Assembly (NCBI GenBank): GCA_045837725.1
Contig: JBEWZL010000011.1
Location: 1-64,000 of the forward strand
Source of the DNA: Vermamoeba vermiformis
Lineage: Eukaryota
Length of the DNA: 64,000 bases
Direction of reading: 5' to 3'
In this document: positions 62,870 through 64,000 of the stretch, piece by piece
Layout: the number at the start of each line of letters is the position of its first letter
How positions within the stretch are numbered: position 1 is the first letter of the stretch
Made by a program: the position numbers and the translations under genes
Notes under the pieces: model-generated
Databases searched by the model: none
The model's input: only the letters and a program-made list of their open reading frames with translations
What the model was told of the DNA's origin: nothing

Positions 62870-64000
62870 TTATACTTTGTACACGACTTGACCGTGAAGT
62901 AACGGCGCTTGTTCCGAAGTTTGAATGATCTGAATAACAAAATCGAAAGTTAATCACTGAAATGCCGTATTTAAATTAATACTTAATTCAAAATAAGTAT
63001 TTTAAGGGTTTCGTTATATTGCTTTGTTTTAAGACGCTCTAACTAAAATTCAGCAGATTTGGCTTTTTCGGATCCGAATTTGTACACTAGCAATTTGTGC
63101 AGCGATTTAAAATATGTTATATATTTACGTACTCTGTATTCTCTTGTGCGAGGACCATCATTCGCAGCCACACCAGCAGCAACGCAAACACCGCAGCAAC
63201 AAACCAATATCAAAATGATCGGCAGAGCCACGCAAACCAAAACGAGAATAATAACGACGACTACGAATACTGCAATAGTCATACCCAAAATTTTAGTTCC
63301 GTCTTCGGCTGCTTGCGCTATTGAAAAAGGTCAGATCCAAATCCGGATTTGAAAATGTACTTACAAAAGCTGCAATCATTGCCAGACCATCTATAAATAG
63401 TGTCATCGCATGTACAAGTCAATGAGGTAATATTGCAACCGCCTTGGCCGGAGCACAAAGAAGGACAAAATGCTAAATTAAAAACGTGGGTATTAGCAAT
63501 GCAAACCTTCTACTTACGTATATAGCATATAGAATACATATCACAGTGTAAAATATAACGTACTTGCACAGCTTCCAGGGCAATATTGGATCGCGTAAGT
63601 GTAATTTACGTTGTCAGCGTAGATTCCGATGTAGTAATCGCCTTTTGCTTCGTAACGACCAATAGTATAGGTAGTACGATATCCAAAGCCCGATTTGACG
63701 GTAAAGTCGGAGCTATTGTATGCCACGAAGAACTGGATTCAAAGATATTACCGTTAATAAAAATTAGTGATAAAAATGTATGAAGATATTTGACGTGCTA
63801 AATAAGCACACTTAATTAAAGTAATTATTATAGCGTAGTATAAATTAGTATCAATCCCGGGATGAGTTCTAATTTTCGGGCGATTGTTGCAAATCCGGAA
63901 CTTTCAATCAACTCTTCAATGCAGTCATATTTAATTATTATAATTACCTTGGCCGCATAATCACTATCCACGGGGGTCATACGAATTAATTGGATTTGAT
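62870..64000 (-). CDS. 3' part of a single-pass membrane protein with an EGF-like module (runs off the window)
   Basis: CPSLCSGQGGCNITSLTCTCDDTIYRWSGNDCS; long TM followed by CCCGVC; last exon IIQTSEQAPLLHGQVVYKV*. Confidence 0.75.

Noticed and set aside
63337-63352. Intronic palindrome around CAAATCCGGATTTG and frequent GATC-rich intron motifs
   Set aside because: Enrichment cannot be shown without counting; single occurrences are compatible with chance.

Overview
Gene-dense, AT-rich eukaryotic DNA with many short GT-AG introns; the gene content (Clu-TPR-LRR protein, hybrid histidine kinase, AGMO, VIT-VWA) suggests an amoeba-like protist (inference). The main feature is a complete 8.3-kb CACTA/CMC-type DNA transposon (21-8307) with CACTACC termini, a 2-bp CT target duplication and palindromic ATCAC/GTGAT subterminal repeats. 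It has inserted into the catalytic loop of a protein kinase gene. Besides an apparently intact spliced DDE transposase it carries two divergently transcribed cargo genes: a ParB/Srx-like protein and a Ulp1 protease + AlkB-type 2OG-Fe(II) dioxygenase + SRA-like protein, a candidate anti-silencing module. The rest is host genes: Sec8 with an intronic tRNA-Lys, a CaMK-type kinase, a divergent beta-tubulin, a SAM-C2H2 factor, an SRSF7-like protein with a likely poison exon, a VIT-VWA-14-3-3 fusion, a WD40 protein, glyoxalase I, two patatins, AGMO, Clu-TPR-LRR, a histidine kinase, a TPR-DapA-like fusion, a CpG-depleted P-loop pseudogene and a partial EGF membrane protein. All gene models were spliced by eye and all domain calls are motif-based; no database searches were run.
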